From: a virus
Virus record (IMG/VR): IMGVR_UViG_3300023179_009191
Span: 1 to 64,000 of that record
Strand: one strand, 5' to 3'
Length of the DNA: 64,000 nt
Part shown: positions 39,500-48,717 of the stretch, piece by piece
Numbering within the stretch: the stretch's first letter is position 1
Layout of the letters: each line of letters opens with the position of its first letter
Position numbers and translations under genes: made by a program
Notes under the pieces: model-generated
Database searches by the model: none
The model's input: only the letters and a program-made list of their open reading frames with translations
Told to the model about the DNA's origin: nothing

Positions 39500-39976
39500 A
39501 TGAGCGCATATATCTACAAATTAATTAGTCCGAAGAAATATACTTGGATGAATGTACAATTTGAGACCAATGGACTAGCTGAAACCAAACCAGTCTATCA
39601 TCTTAAGTTTTGGTATAAACCATACAACGGTATGGAAGATGATAAGAAACTTCAAAAACAGTTATGTAGAGAAGAGAGGAAGACCAAAGAGCTTTTTAAA
39701 AATGTAAAGGTTGAATATGCTATTCTTACATTTGGCTGGGATGGGGGTAAGGGCAGTATTAGTAAACCTTTTAATCATGGGGAATACTTTGGATGCTATC
39801 AAGTAGTCAATTGGAATAAGCTGAGGCGAAATGGTGAAATTATTGACCTTGACGAAGCCTGGCTAGGTAATTGTAATAGGATTTGTTTTAATGATGAGGC
39901 ATTTGATAACATCTATCATAAAGCCTTCCTAGCTTCAAGAGAAGATATTGTAGATGAGGTGATGAGTTGTGCCTGA
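39500..39976 (+). CDS. Hypothetical protein
   Basis: 158-aa ORF. Confidence 0.65.
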   Translation: MSAYIYKLISPKKYTWMNVQFETNGLAETKPVYHLKFWYKPYNGMEDDKKLQKQLCREERKTKELFKNVKVEYAILTFGWDGGKGSISKPFNHGEYFGCYQVVNWNKLRRNGEIIDLDEAWLGNCNRICFNDEAFDNIYHKAFLASREDIVDEVMSCA

Positions 39977-40172
39977 CATGTATCACAAGAAGAAGTTCAA
40001 AGGCAAGCATCTCAAAGGGTGCAAGTATGAATACTCCACCTGGATGGGGAGCGATCTGGGGTGGGTGGATACTTTCAGAGATATAGAAGGTGAAAAAATT
40101 CTGAATGCATATTACCAAGCCAAAGCAGACTTTGAAGACAGAGATTTTGAACGCAAAATGAAATTGGTTTGA
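39969..40172 (+). CDS. Paralog of 32788-33003
   Basis: Near-identical protein. Confidence 0.75.
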   Translation: MPDMYHKKKFKGKHLKGCKYEYSTWMGSDLGWVDTFRDIEGEKILNAYYQAKADFEDRDFERKMKLV

Positions 40173-40176
40173 CTCT

Positions 40177-40383
40177 ATGAAATACATTTCACTGCACATG
40201 GGTGGGGAACAATATGACTATGCTTATGAGCCACAAACTTGCACAGTGTATACTCAAATGTTCAATCAAGTGCCTGTGCACAGTGTGCATTTGAGGTGTG
40301 GTACCATTCTCAAGCATGATGACTTGAGACAGTTGATACAAAATAAACTGCAAGCTTATGAAATGCTTGAAAACAGCTTTTGA
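40177..40383 (+). CDS. Hypothetical protein
   Basis: 68-aa ORF in operon. Confidence 0.55.
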   Translation: MKYISLHMGGEQYDYAYEPQTCTVYTQMFNQVPVHSVHLRCGTILKHDDLRQLIQNKLQAYEMLENSF

Positions 40384-40561
40384 TACAGTATAATCATGTG
40401 ATGAAACATGTATTTGAATTGTATGAACATGGAAGCAGAGGCATTGTATTCAAAGGGTATCAAACTGTGCATGCACCAGATGCTGAAACTGCCAGGCTAT
40501 CTGCACAAGACCAATTTCCAGAATACCATGTGGTGCCCATTCATGTGCCTGAGGGCAAGCA

Positions 40562-40873
40562 GTGAGTGTGGTCAAAATGATGGGTGAGTATTTTCAAAAC
40601 ACCATTTATGCACACACACATGCAGTGTTTGCTCAATTGGGCATCACCATTGACAAGGATAACATCTGGCATGATTTGGCTCAAACCACCCCTCAATGCA
40701 TGAAGAGCACATTTTACATCAAAGGTGTGGACAATGTGGTCAGAAAAGACTTTCATGCTGCAGTTGCTGCCAGCAAATTGCACAATCCCCAATTGACACA
40801 ACTCAAAGTCAAAAGCAAGAGACCAGGCAAAGAAGTTAGATTCTACCTGGAAGTTACCAAGAGTGCACTCTGA
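40562..40873 (+). CDS. Hypothetical protein
   Basis: 103-aa ORF with GTGA overlap. Confidence 0.55.
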   Translation: MSVVKMMGEYFQNTIYAHTHAVFAQLGITIDKDNIWHDLAQTTPQCMKSTFYIKGVDNVVRKDFHAAVAASKLHNPQLTQLKVKSKRPGKEVRFYLEVTKSAL

Positions 40874-40994
40874 GTGACAGCCCATGAATTTGTTCAAATG
40901 TATCTCAAATTCTATTATGACTCTGTGGTCATGAGGAATCAAGATATGCATGAGAAGTTTGATGACTTGGCAGAAATGGCTTTGCAGATTATTA

Positions 40995-41306
40995 ATGAAA
41001 AAAATTAACATGTTCATCATGGACTTTGCAGGATATTTTGTTATTCTGGCAGGAGCAGCATTGATTGCAATGGTGGAAATGTTGGTTCAAATGAAACAAA
41101 CGTTGCAGAAGTTTTTGTTGGATTTTATTGTTCCCTTGATTTTAGAATTTGCTGCATGTGCAAATTGGATTTTGGCAATTGCCTGGCAAGGAACATTGAG
41201 CATCACATCAGATGTTGCTCTTCAATTGAGCCAATGGTTGTTGCATGTGAGCAGAGTGTCTCATGCCAGGAGTGAACAGTTAATTTGTAAAACTTGGCAC
41301 AACTGA
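40995..41306 (+). CDS. Hydrophobic membrane protein
   Basis: Two hydrophobic stretches. Confidence 0.55.
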   Translation: MKKINMFIMDFAGYFVILAGAALIAMVEMLVQMKQTLQKFLLDFIVPLILEFAACANWILAIAWQGTLSITSDVALQLSQWLLHVSRVSHARSEQLICKTWHN

Positions 41307-41483
41307 GAAACTGCAGCATATGCTGCATGCATGAACATGGAGCCACCTCAAAGACACATGACTCATGTTAAAAAATCATAATTTTGCCTGGTTTCCCATG
41401 AATATTTGCATGCCTGAGGCAACTATTTCATGGTGGAAGCTGTGCAAATCAAATATTTACAACCCCTGATAATAAATAACTAT

Positions 41484-42074
41484 ATGAGAAAAGATGATCA
41501 TCTAATTTATGAATCTTTGGTACAAAGCAGGATGCCTATGGGTGATGAGCAGGCAGCTAAGATTATTACAGATAAGATCAAAGGTACTCCTAATCTTAAC
41601 ATACAGAACATAAAAATGTATGTGCAAAAATATCTAGGAATGGTGGGTAAATCACCATCAGATGTGGATTATATTGCTTCTCTGGTGCATGATAATTTAC
41701 AGAACATGGGCATGGGAGAGAATGCTGAAGGTCCTGTGAAGATTGACAGAGTGAGTGCCACAGATATCATAAAACCTGTGTCTCAACAATCTGGACCTGT
41801 GAAAATAGATTGGGGAGTAGAAGATGATGAGAATGCCTCAGGTGCATCTGCTGCTTTTCATTATGATCCCATGCCCGGATTAGAAAAGACAGCTGTCCAA
41901 ATTAGAGACTTATTGCAAGGGGCAGCCAATGATGAGGTGAGAACTGAGCACATCATCAAGATGGCCCAGACCATACTAGGCTCTCCTAAAGACTATGATG
42001 CCAATGAATACAGAAAAATGCTGGATGGATTGATTGTGCTGTTGAACAGATTCATTGTAGTCCCCATGAATTAA
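41484..42074 (+). CDS. Late hypothetical protein (putative head-internal)
   Basis: TAAATA-ACTAT-ATG; MRKDDHLIYESL; internal GPVKID duplication. Confidence 0.7.
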   Translation: MRKDDHLIYESLVQSRMPMGDEQAAKIITDKIKGTPNLNIQNIKMYVQKYLGMVGKSPSDVDYIASLVHDNLQNMGMGENAEGPVKIDRVSATDIIKPVSQQSGPVKIDWGVEDDENASGASAAFHYDPMPGLEKTAVQIRDLLQGAANDEVRTEHIIKMAQTILGSPKDYDANEYRKMLDGLIVLLNRFIVVPMN

Positions 42075-42162
42075 TTTTTTTAGAAAACTAAAAACACCGT
42101 TATTCCATTAGCTTTAGCTGCACGGTTGGGCCTGAAAAATTCTCAGACACATAAATATACAC

Positions 42163-42579
42163 ATGGCCTTGGGCACAGTGGATTATGTGAGTACTGCACC
42201 ATGGAACAATGCATTGAACCCATGGCCTCAGTATGCTCAATTGCAATTGTCTGCTGCAGACATACAAGGTGGTGCATGGTTAACATATACTCTGTTACAA
42301 TTTGATCCATTAACACCTGAAATATTTTACAGTGCCAATACAGAAGAAGGCAATTACTTGACATGCAATGGAACTGAATGGAAAGTTATAGCTCAAGAAG
42401 AGTTAGATTATTATATTTTAACAACTGCAATCAGAGCCTTACCTGCAGGATACAAGCAAGGCAACACGGGCTGGATTGCAGTAGAAGGTAGCCAAGTGAC
42501 CAGCATCAGCATCATGCCAGTGACCACAGTGCTAACTCCATGGGAATTCAGAAGAAGAAGATCATTGGAATATGTGTAA
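42163..42579 (+). CDS. Late hypothetical protein
   Basis: CATAAATA upstream. Confidence 0.65.
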   Translation: MALGTVDYVSTAPWNNALNPWPQYAQLQLSAADIQGGAWLTYTLLQFDPLTPEIFYSANTEEGNYLTCNGTEWKVIAQEELDYYILTTAIRALPAGYKQGNTGWIAVEGSQVTSISIMPVTTVLTPWEFRRRRSLEYV

Positions 42580-42786
42580 AAAAAGCAGATAATATTGGAA
42601 AATAAGTGAAAAACAGAAGGAAAAACATTGAATTGTGGTGGAAAATGACATTTTTCTGTTACCCGGCACTGTACATTGCAGTGTATTTGATGTATGTTGT
42701 TAGTAGAAATGGCTAGGAAATACAGAAATAGTGGGAAAATACCAGAAAATGCTTGACTAAAATACGCGATCATATACAATAGGTAA

Positions 42787-43056
42787 ATGATGAATGCAAC
42801 AGAACAAGTCGGACTTAAATTCGAAACCTATCAAGAGCTCTCAGAGGGGGCCAAGGAGCTCTATAATACCATGTTCGATTATTTCACCTATTCTCCGGAC
42901 CCTCGCTATAAGCATATCCACGAATTTAGGAAGCGTATTACCAGTTACAAGGGTAAGGACTTTACGATTCTCCAAGAGTACTTTAATAATGAACCGGCTA
43001 TACAGTGGCATGGACAGTCTGCTCCTCCGTGGGAATACTTTAAAGATCCTTATTGA
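42787..43056 (+). CDS. Early hypothetical protein
   Basis: TTGACT-16-TACAAT-6-ATGATG. Confidence 0.65.
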   Translation: MMNATEQVGLKFETYQELSEGAKELYNTMFDYFTYSPDPRYKHIHEFRKRITSYKGKDFTILQEYFNNEPAIQWHGQSAPPWEYFKDPY

Positions 43057-43125
43057 ACTATTATCCCCGGACAACGATTATCCCCGTCTCATTTCTACAC
43101 GAACTTAAACAACGATTATCCCCGT
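43056..43125. repeat. Direct repeats ACAACGATTATCCCCGT (x2) plus a partial third copy
   Basis: Copies at 43071-43087 and 43109-43125; ATTATCCCCG at 43060-43069. Confidence 0.85.
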
Positions 43126-43174
43126 TTGAGAATAATAGCCTTGTATATTCGTTAACCGCCTCTATAATATACTG

Positions 43175-43480
43175 ATGGCTAGATGGAAGAGAGGACAAGA
43201 GATATACGAAAAGCTTATCTCCAATTTAGGGGAGTATATATCTGAACAAACCTCCGATTCTAGGGCCCTGGCATATGCCAAATCTAGTATACCGGAGTTT
43301 ATAGATGGGCTTACTGTAAAAGACCTTAACCTCATCCACGAATACCTCTCCTATAGAACAGAGATTACCCCCGATATCCGTACCCCCACCTACGTGTACT
43401 CAGGCGGTGACAGGATAGCTGCAGTTACCCGATACCTACAGAAGAATATAGACCTTGAATTGGCCAAATGCTATGCTTAA
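43175..43480 (+). CDS. Early hypothetical protein
   Basis: Promoter TTG 34 nt upstream of ATG. Confidence 0.65.
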   Translation: MARWKRGQEIYEKLISNLGEYISEQTSDSRALAYAKSSIPEFIDGLTVKDLNLIHEYLSYRTEITPDIRTPTYVYSGGDRIAAVTRYLQKNIDLELAKCYA

Positions 43481-43848
43481 ATGGGCCTGTCAGGTCCCGG
43501 CCATGGGTCTGTTTTCTAGTATAGTAGGAATTCTGGTACTGTTCTACCTGCTTCTTAAACTTCTGTAACTTGTTCATCTTAGCATTTTGCTAAATGGTTG
43601 AAAATGACTGAGCAGACCTAACCATTTCTGTCTCAACACTCTCTGTAGTTTGTTCATGCCCAACAATCCAACCACTGTTCATAATCAACACCTTTACGCG
43701 TAAAGTAAAGGTCCAGAGCCCCCTCCTCCTCTCCTAATATAAGATGGTACTGCCTTCCTAAATTGTCCCTATATTATAAAGGAATTCTAGATTCTGTCAA
43801 TAACAAAATAAGGCTTGTTGCAACCCCAAATTCAGATATAATATAGGT

Positions 43849-44061
43849 ATGATGAAACTAGAAAGAAAGAAACAAATTAGTGAGCTTATTGAAGAGACAT
43901 TCAATAATGTTCAAAAACTAAATGAATTGTTAAAGAAATCAGATTATGAATGGGCCAATAAGAATTGGGAGTCTGAAAATGATGATGATTATGAATTGGC
44001 TGAATCCATTCTTAATGTGGGAGAGAATCTTAAAGATTGGGGCAAGCAATTTAGGGGTTGA
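43849..44061 (+). CDS. Early acidic small protein
   Basis: Promoter cassette; stop codon lies inside the next -35 box. Confidence 0.7.
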   Translation: MMKLERKKQISELIEETFNNVQKLNELLKKSDYEWANKNWESENDDDYELAESILNVGENLKDWGKQFRG

Positions 44062-44091
44062 CTAAATCCAAAATTCAGCCATAATATAGGT

Positions 44092-44295
44092 ATGATGAAA
44101 GAAGAAAACAAAAGAACGTTTGAGGTAGATATTGCAGTCACCCTCTTTATCACTCAAGAAGTAGAAGCAACAGATGAAGATGAAGCTCAAAGAATTGCAG
44201 AAGATTCCATCAAAACTGGAACTGTAATGAATGCTTGGGAGTGTAGAGATTGTGAGATTGAAAGTACAGGCTGTACTGAAGTGGAGGTAGAGTGA
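44092..44295 (+). CDS. Early acidic small protein
   Basis: Promoter cassette; VEATDEDEAQRIAE. Confidence 0.7.
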   Translation: MMKEENKRTFEVDIAVTLFITQEVEATDEDEAQRIAEDSIKTGTVMNAWECRDCEIESTGCTEVEVE

Positions 44296-44510
44296 ATACA
44301 TTCCAACCTTATACACAAACAAATGTTGTAGACTTCTATAAGGAGTTGGTTAAGAGGTGGGCTGATGACCAATTGGACCAACTGCATGAATACCCTATTA
44401 CTGATAGGAAGAATGCATTAGCAAGGCTTCTTGACTCCTCTCTAGATGTGTTCCGAGATGATATTACAGAAGAAATCAGAAAAAGAAATTTGTCTTTTTT
44501 GGTTGACTAA
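44292..44510 (+). CDS. Early small protein
   Basis: GTGA overlap with GGAGG RBS. Confidence 0.6.
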   Translation: MNTFQPYTQTNVVDFYKELVKRWADDQLDQLHEYPITDRKNALARLLDSSLDVFRDDITEEIRKRNLSFLVD

Positions 44511-44536
44511 AAACTAAATTCCACCATAATAGGTGT

Positions 44537-44758
44537 ATGATGAATAAAGAACAATACTTACAAATTGACTTGTATAATGGCAAAAGCAAATGGATCTCCA
44601 AAAAGGACTTTCTCCTTTTTACAGTAGGGGATGGTACTGAAGAGGCAGATTATAATTGGAAAGACAATTGGGAATATATTAGAAAGACTCCCACCCACAC
44701 AACCTATAAAGGGGAAGAGTGTATTTTAGTAGATTTCACCAACACAAAATTGGCTTGA
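44537..44758 (+). CDS. Early small protein
   Basis: Promoter cassette. Confidence 0.7.
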   Translation: MMNKEQYLQIDLYNGKSKWISKKDFLLFTVGDGTEEADYNWKDNWEYIRKTPTHTTYKGEECILVDFTNTKLA

Positions 44759-44788
44759 CCCAAACCCAAATTCAGCCATAATATAAAC

Positions 44789-44989
44789 ATGATGAAACCA
44801 TTAACCGAAGAACAACTCAGTTACCGCGCACTTGACCTGCACATGACAGCTGAGAACATCCGCACCAATCTATCCAATATTGAGGCGATGTTGAGTATAT
44901 CCAATCCTAATTGGAAGAACTTGTATACAGCATTACAAGAGATTGATAGCAAAACTGATCGGCTATCAGATCGGGTTCGCTGGAAATAA
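44789..44989 (+). CDS. Early small helical protein
   Basis: Promoter cassette; similar to 45027-45230. Confidence 0.7.
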   Translation: MMKPLTEEQLSYRALDLHMTAENIRTNLSNIEAMLSISNPNWKNLYTALQEIDSKTDRLSDRVRWK

Positions 44990-45026
44990 GAGTTGACCAA
45001 ATCCTAATTTCCCATATAATATGAGT

Positions 45027-45230
45027 ATGATAAATGATACAGAGAGGTGGGAGAGAATGTTGAAGGTGGGTTATTCAATTGAGAACATTATTAATGGGCT
45101 CAAATATATTGGAAATGAAATTAATATTGAGACTCCTTTATGGGAAACATTCTGCAAAAGAATTGATACAATCGACAATAATGTGGATAAGCTCATTGAA
45201 TTGATTGAGATCAGAAAGCAGAACAAATGA
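45027..45230 (+). CDS. Early small helical protein
   Basis: ATG 34 nt after TTGACC. Confidence 0.65.
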   Translation: MINDTERWERMLKVGYSIENIINGLKYIGNEINIETPLWETFCKRIDTIDNNVDKLIELIEIRKQNK

Positions 45231-45454
45231 AGTTCTCTTATAAGAAGCTGGTTGATGAGCATACAAAAGCTCTGAAGTTAAGATGGGGTAGTGACTGCCT
45301 CTCCGAAGGGAGCAAGACAGCCATCAATTATGGATGGTCACAGACAGACAATTCTATCTGCTCTAAAATATATCAAGAGAGTGGGCATCAAGTTTTAGAT
45401 ACTTGGTTTGATGAAGAGGATAAGATTTACAGGTCAGCCCAATCCAATTATTGA
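45227..45454 (+). CDS. Early small protein
   Basis: ATGA overlap. Confidence 0.6.
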   Translation: MKFSYKKLVDEHTKALKLRWGSDCLSEGSKTAINYGWSQTDNSICSKIYQESGHQVLDTWFDEEDKIYRSAQSNY

Positions 45455-45489
45455 GTTGACTAAAACAGAAGTTCTTTCATAATAATAGC

Positions 45490-45635
45490 AGTTCCTTCCG
45501 CAGTACGGGTTTGACTAGCCCAATTGATGTACTGAAGCCCCAACGCCCAGAGTCTGAGGCGAGTAGAGGTGGGTATATTGTCCTAACTACTGTCGACGTT
45601 ACTAGAGTAGGGGAGTCGGAAGGAGCTACTTTTTT
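45490..45635 (+). ncRNA. Candidate novel structured small RNA (~145 nt) under an early promoter
   Basis: TTGACT(45456)-16-CATAAT; predicted +1 A45490 begins an 11-bp closing stem AGTTCCTTCCG/CGGAAGGAGCT followed by a T6 tract; three internal arms; no start codon at +1. Confidence 0.75.
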
Positions 45636-45671
45636 AGTTGACCCAAACAGAAGTTCCATCATAATATAGGT

Positions 45672-45992
45672 ATGATGAATAACACAGAACTAGCCAAGGC
45701 CTTGACAGTGATGGTAACTGATCCCAAGATCAGAAGCTTCCTAGAAGATAACGATCCCATGGCTCTGAAGCAAGCCACAGAAGCTCTCAGAAACTATTTT
45801 AACCAATATCAGACCACCCATTACACACTTTCAGGTGAAGTGCCCTGGACGCCCCCAGTGGGACCTGCTGATTACTACCCTGATTGGGATTTCTATATGA
45901 AGCCTCACCATGAATACACTACAGACATGAAGACTGAGCCTTTGAAGTGGGGTCCGTTTGGAGAAGGTGGCTCTACACCTCTTGGGAAATAA
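45672..45992 (+). CDS. Early hypothetical protein
   Basis: Promoter cassette with ATGATG. Confidence 0.7.
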   Translation: MMNNTELAKALTVMVTDPKIRSFLEDNDPMALKQATEALRNYFNQYQTTHYTLSGEVPWTPPVGPADYYPDWDFYMKPHHEYTTDMKTEPLKWGPFGEGGSTPLGK

Positions 45993-46158
45993 CTGATGCT
46001 GTACATCATTAAGGTAGAGAAGATGTGTGAGGCTGTTATAACTGTAGAAGCAGAGAGTGAAGAACAAGCCAAAGAGAAAGCAGAATTTCACAAATATAAT
46101 ATGGTTCTTGGTTGGAAATAAGAGTTGACTTCAACCCAAATTCCTGCATAATAGTAGT

Positions 46159-46326
46159 ATGATGACAATGACGATCAAAGAAGCGGTGAAGAAGTACAAG
46201 AAGCAGGACACCTGCAGGTACTTCCTCAAATGCACCAATAAGGCCACCACCACCATCCCCAACCCCATTCTAGGAGAGGTGCCTGCTTGTAAGAGCTGTG
46301 CAGACTTCTATCGGAGACAATCATGA
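46159..46326 (+). CDS. Small Cys4 (zinc-binding-like) early protein
   Basis: MMTMTIKEAVKKYKKQDTCRYFLKCTNKA...VPACKSCADFY, below the track cutoff; promoter cassette. Confidence 0.65.
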   Translation: MMTMTIKEAVKKYKKQDTCRYFLKCTNKATTTIPNPILGEVPACKSCADFYRRQS

Positions 46327-46502
46327 CATACAGAGAACTAGCCAATCGTATCAACCAGATGAATGAGTACCAACAGGACTGTCATGTAACCTATTGGCAT
46401 GATGATGAGTATTATGGTAAGCTGATTATCGACTTCGCTGATGTGAGGACTGAAGATCGTTTAGATGGATGGCATCCTTACTTAACTCAATTACCTTCAT
46501 GA
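46323..46502 (+). CDS. Small protein MTYRELANRI...
   Basis: 59-aa ORF with ATGA overlaps on both sides. Confidence 0.6.
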   Translation: MTYRELANRINQMNEYQQDCHVTYWHDDEYYGKLIIDFADVRTEDRLDGWHPYLTQLPS

Positions 46503-46672
46503 CATACAGAGTAACTTGGTATTCCAATTGGGTGAAGCCTGAAGTTTATACTGAGCTCACCAAAGCAGAAGCAGAAGAACTAGTTAGAGAGGGTGTGGAG
46601 CGTCAGTACAGAGTAGAAGTGATAGAAGAGAACTCTGTGGAATATTGGGCCCAACCTGAGCGCTTAAAGTAG
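46499..46672 (+). CDS. Small protein MTYRVTWY...
   Basis: ATGA overlap. Confidence 0.6.
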   Translation: MTYRVTWYSNWVKPEVYTELTKAEAEELVREGVERQYRVEVIEENSVEYWAQPERLK

Positions 46673-46707
46673 TTGCCGTTAACCTAACTTTCGCATATAC
46701 TATAGGT

Positions 46708-47028
46708 ATGATGAATAAAGAAGTTACTTACGAGATATACGATCAAATGATTGGTGAATGGCGCAATGTTACCGAGCCCGCTATTGGCGGTATCAAGTGG
46801 GGTAAGCGCGAACAGATTGGGGATGAAGTCCAGTCTGCTTATTACGATCACACTTATTACAAGGTACCCTTCTATGGTCCTTGCGATCTGGGTCGTATGC
46901 AACGAGCTCTCTACAGGTTATATCCTGCTCGCTTTAACAAATTTGGTGGTTATACTACCGTTAGTAAGGTAGAAAAGCTTGATGATCAACACATTAAGGT
47001 AGAGATGTGCTACCATATTGGCGATTAG
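46708..47028 (+). CDS. Early hypothetical protein
   Basis: TTGCCG-17-TATACT-6-ATGATG. Confidence 0.7.
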   Translation: MMNKEVTYEIYDQMIGEWRNVTEPAIGGIKWGKREQIGDEVQSAYYDHTYYKVPFYGPCDLGRMQRALYRLYPARFNKFGGYTTVSKVEKLDDQHIKVEMCYHIGD

Positions 47029-47037
47029 TAATTGTAG

Positions 47038-47508
47038 TTACAATAGTTTACAGCTCTTAGTTAGATTTTCTCTTGCCCACAGTGGTTGTAAGTTCTTGTA
47101 ATTGAAGCACTGTTTCTGCTGTTCTACATCAGTTAAATCAAAGCTAGAACAAGGGAGAATGTGATCCACATGCCATCCACGTGCTCCATAATTATCCCAA
47201 GACATCCCTGGTTTAAACAAGGATTCAATATGTTCTCTCAGCTGTTCTATAGAACATCCAATCAACTCTTGCGTTCTTTTAGACTTAGGAGCTTTACCCT
47301 TGAGTGCATGCCATATGCGATTACCTAGCAGTTGCTTGAGTCTGGTACCAGGATTACTTTTATGAAGAGCTCTGCGTCTTTCATAAGCTTTTTGTTTATT
47401 CTTAAGAAAGTAAAGCCTCATACGCTCTTTAGCTTCAGGTGTATCTTTAACACTATTATAGTATTCTCTAGCTTTTTGTCTGTGATACTCAACCCAATCT
47501 CTCATCAT
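47038..47508 (-). CDS. HNH-type (homing) endonuclease
   Basis: FKPGMSWDNYG..GWHVDHILPCSSFDL...CFNYKNLQPLWARENL.K. Confidence 0.8.
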   Translation of the reverse strand: MMRDWVEYHRQKAREYYNSVKDTPEAKERMRLYFLKNKQKAYERRRALHKSNPGTRLKQLLGNRIWHALKGKAPKSKRTQELIGCSIEQLREHIESLFKPGMSWDNYGARGWHVDHILPCSSFDLTDVEQQKQCFNYKNLQPLWARENLTKSCKLL

Positions 47509-47553
47509 ATTATTTATGCTTGAGCTTAAGGGAGTTTCAACTACAATACAAAT

Positions 47554-47775
47554 ATGATGAAAAGCCGATTAAGAGACATTGAAGACATTGTTTTAAACAT
47601 ACCAGAAACGAATGAGCTCAAAGGACAATTGAGGACCGCTATCAACGATAGTGATATTCGTACTGAAGATAAGCGACGTCTTCATATGCACATCAATCAA
47701 TGTAACACTATCAACGACTTACAGCGCCTATTCTATAACGCTTTACTCAAGTATGAAGGACATGGAGTTGTATGA
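47554..47775 (+). CDS. Early small protein
   Basis: Promoter cassette. Confidence 0.65.
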   Translation: MMKSRLRDIEDIVLNIPETNELKGQLRTAINDSDIRTEDKRRLHMHINQCNTINDLQRLFYNALLKYEGHGVV

Positions 47776-48058
47776 GTTGGGTGGCTAGAAAGATTTGTAT
47801 GTCAGATGACGTTGATCAACAGCAGGTTATCAAAGAGTACTTTGATAATAAAGAACAAGTAAGACTACTTCAAGAGCAAGAGATCAAGAAGTTCTGGAGT
47901 GAATATGAGGATGAGTACTACAATGGATAAGCTTATTCAGTTCTGTTTGATGGTGTTAGCTAACCTCATTGCACTGGCTATCTATGGTATTGTTACAGTC
48001 TGTATATGGAGGGCCATTTGGTAGTTGCCGTTAACCCAAATGCCATTATAATAGGGGT

Positions 48059-48286
48059 ATGATGAATAACACAGTTACCGTTGAGTTGCCTCGAGCTGAA
48101 AAGGTTGAGGACAGCACAGGAGGCAGGGTGGGCTATTGCATCGGCCATCTCTTGAACCTCAAACAGATGATGCATATCAATTCTGGCCATGGAGGTGAGG
48201 GAGTGTTCTCTCAGTCTGAGATGCTCCAACAGATCGATAAGGTTATCGACAAGCTGGACCAGATCACTTACCCTTACGCAGTTTAA
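48059..48286 (+). CDS. Early small protein
   Basis: Promoter cassette. Confidence 0.65.
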   Translation: MMNNTVTVELPRAEKVEDSTGGRVGYCIGHLLNLKQMMHINSGHGGEGVFSQSEMLQQIDKVIDKLDQITYPYAV

Positions 48287-48290
48287 ATTG

Positions 48291-48545
48291 ATGAGTACAA
48301 CTGAACAAGCCACCGGTTATGAAACACCCTACAACGCAGAACTGCATTGCAAAAAGATTGCATGGATGGTTAAGAACAGTCCTGAATGGGATGACACGAA
48401 GCAGACTCTGGAAGAGTACCTGGAAACCGTCCCAGATTACCCCACGGATGCACAGGTGGAAGGCTTCAACCATCTGTACGTGGCACCTTTTGTGCCTGTT
48501 AAGAAACAGAAGCCTTATGAAGGAGAAGATGTAAATGAAGGATAA
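48291..48545 (+). CDS. Small protein
   Basis: ORF from MSTTEQ. Confidence 0.55.
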   Translation: MSTTEQATGYETPYNAELHCKKIAWMVKNSPEWDDTKQTLEEYLETVPDYPTDAQVEGFNHLYVAPFVPVKKQKPYEGEDVNEG

Positions 48546-48717
48546 GTTGGATCAGAGCTCTGAGCTCAGAGACATCTTTGCTGGGTTGGCTATGCATGCA
48601 CTAATTGGTCAACCAGCTGCCACTCACAAGTGGGTGGCCCACCAAGCGTACAAGTATGCTGACGCCATGCTTGACGAACGTGACAGCGTCAGTGATAATA
48701 AGGAGAACAAAAGCTAG
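48535..48717 (+). CDS. Small phage protein (LRD.FA..AM...AY..ADAML family)
   Basis: Widespread phage motif recognised by eye. Confidence 0.7.
   Translation: MKDKLDQSSELRDIFAGLAMHALIGQPAATHKWVAHQAYKYADAMLDERDSVSDNKENKS

Noticed and set aside
43056-43125. Mini-CRISPR (TTATCCCCG resembles half of a type I-E repeat)
   Set aside because: Repeats are only 17 bp, non-palindromic and irregularly spaced; no cas genes
45511-45520. TTGACTAGCC matches the 3' stem of Y RNAs; CTGAAG nearby resembles a hammerhead core
   Set aside because: The complementary 5' GGCTGGTCCG strand and the CUGANGA/GAAA core are absent
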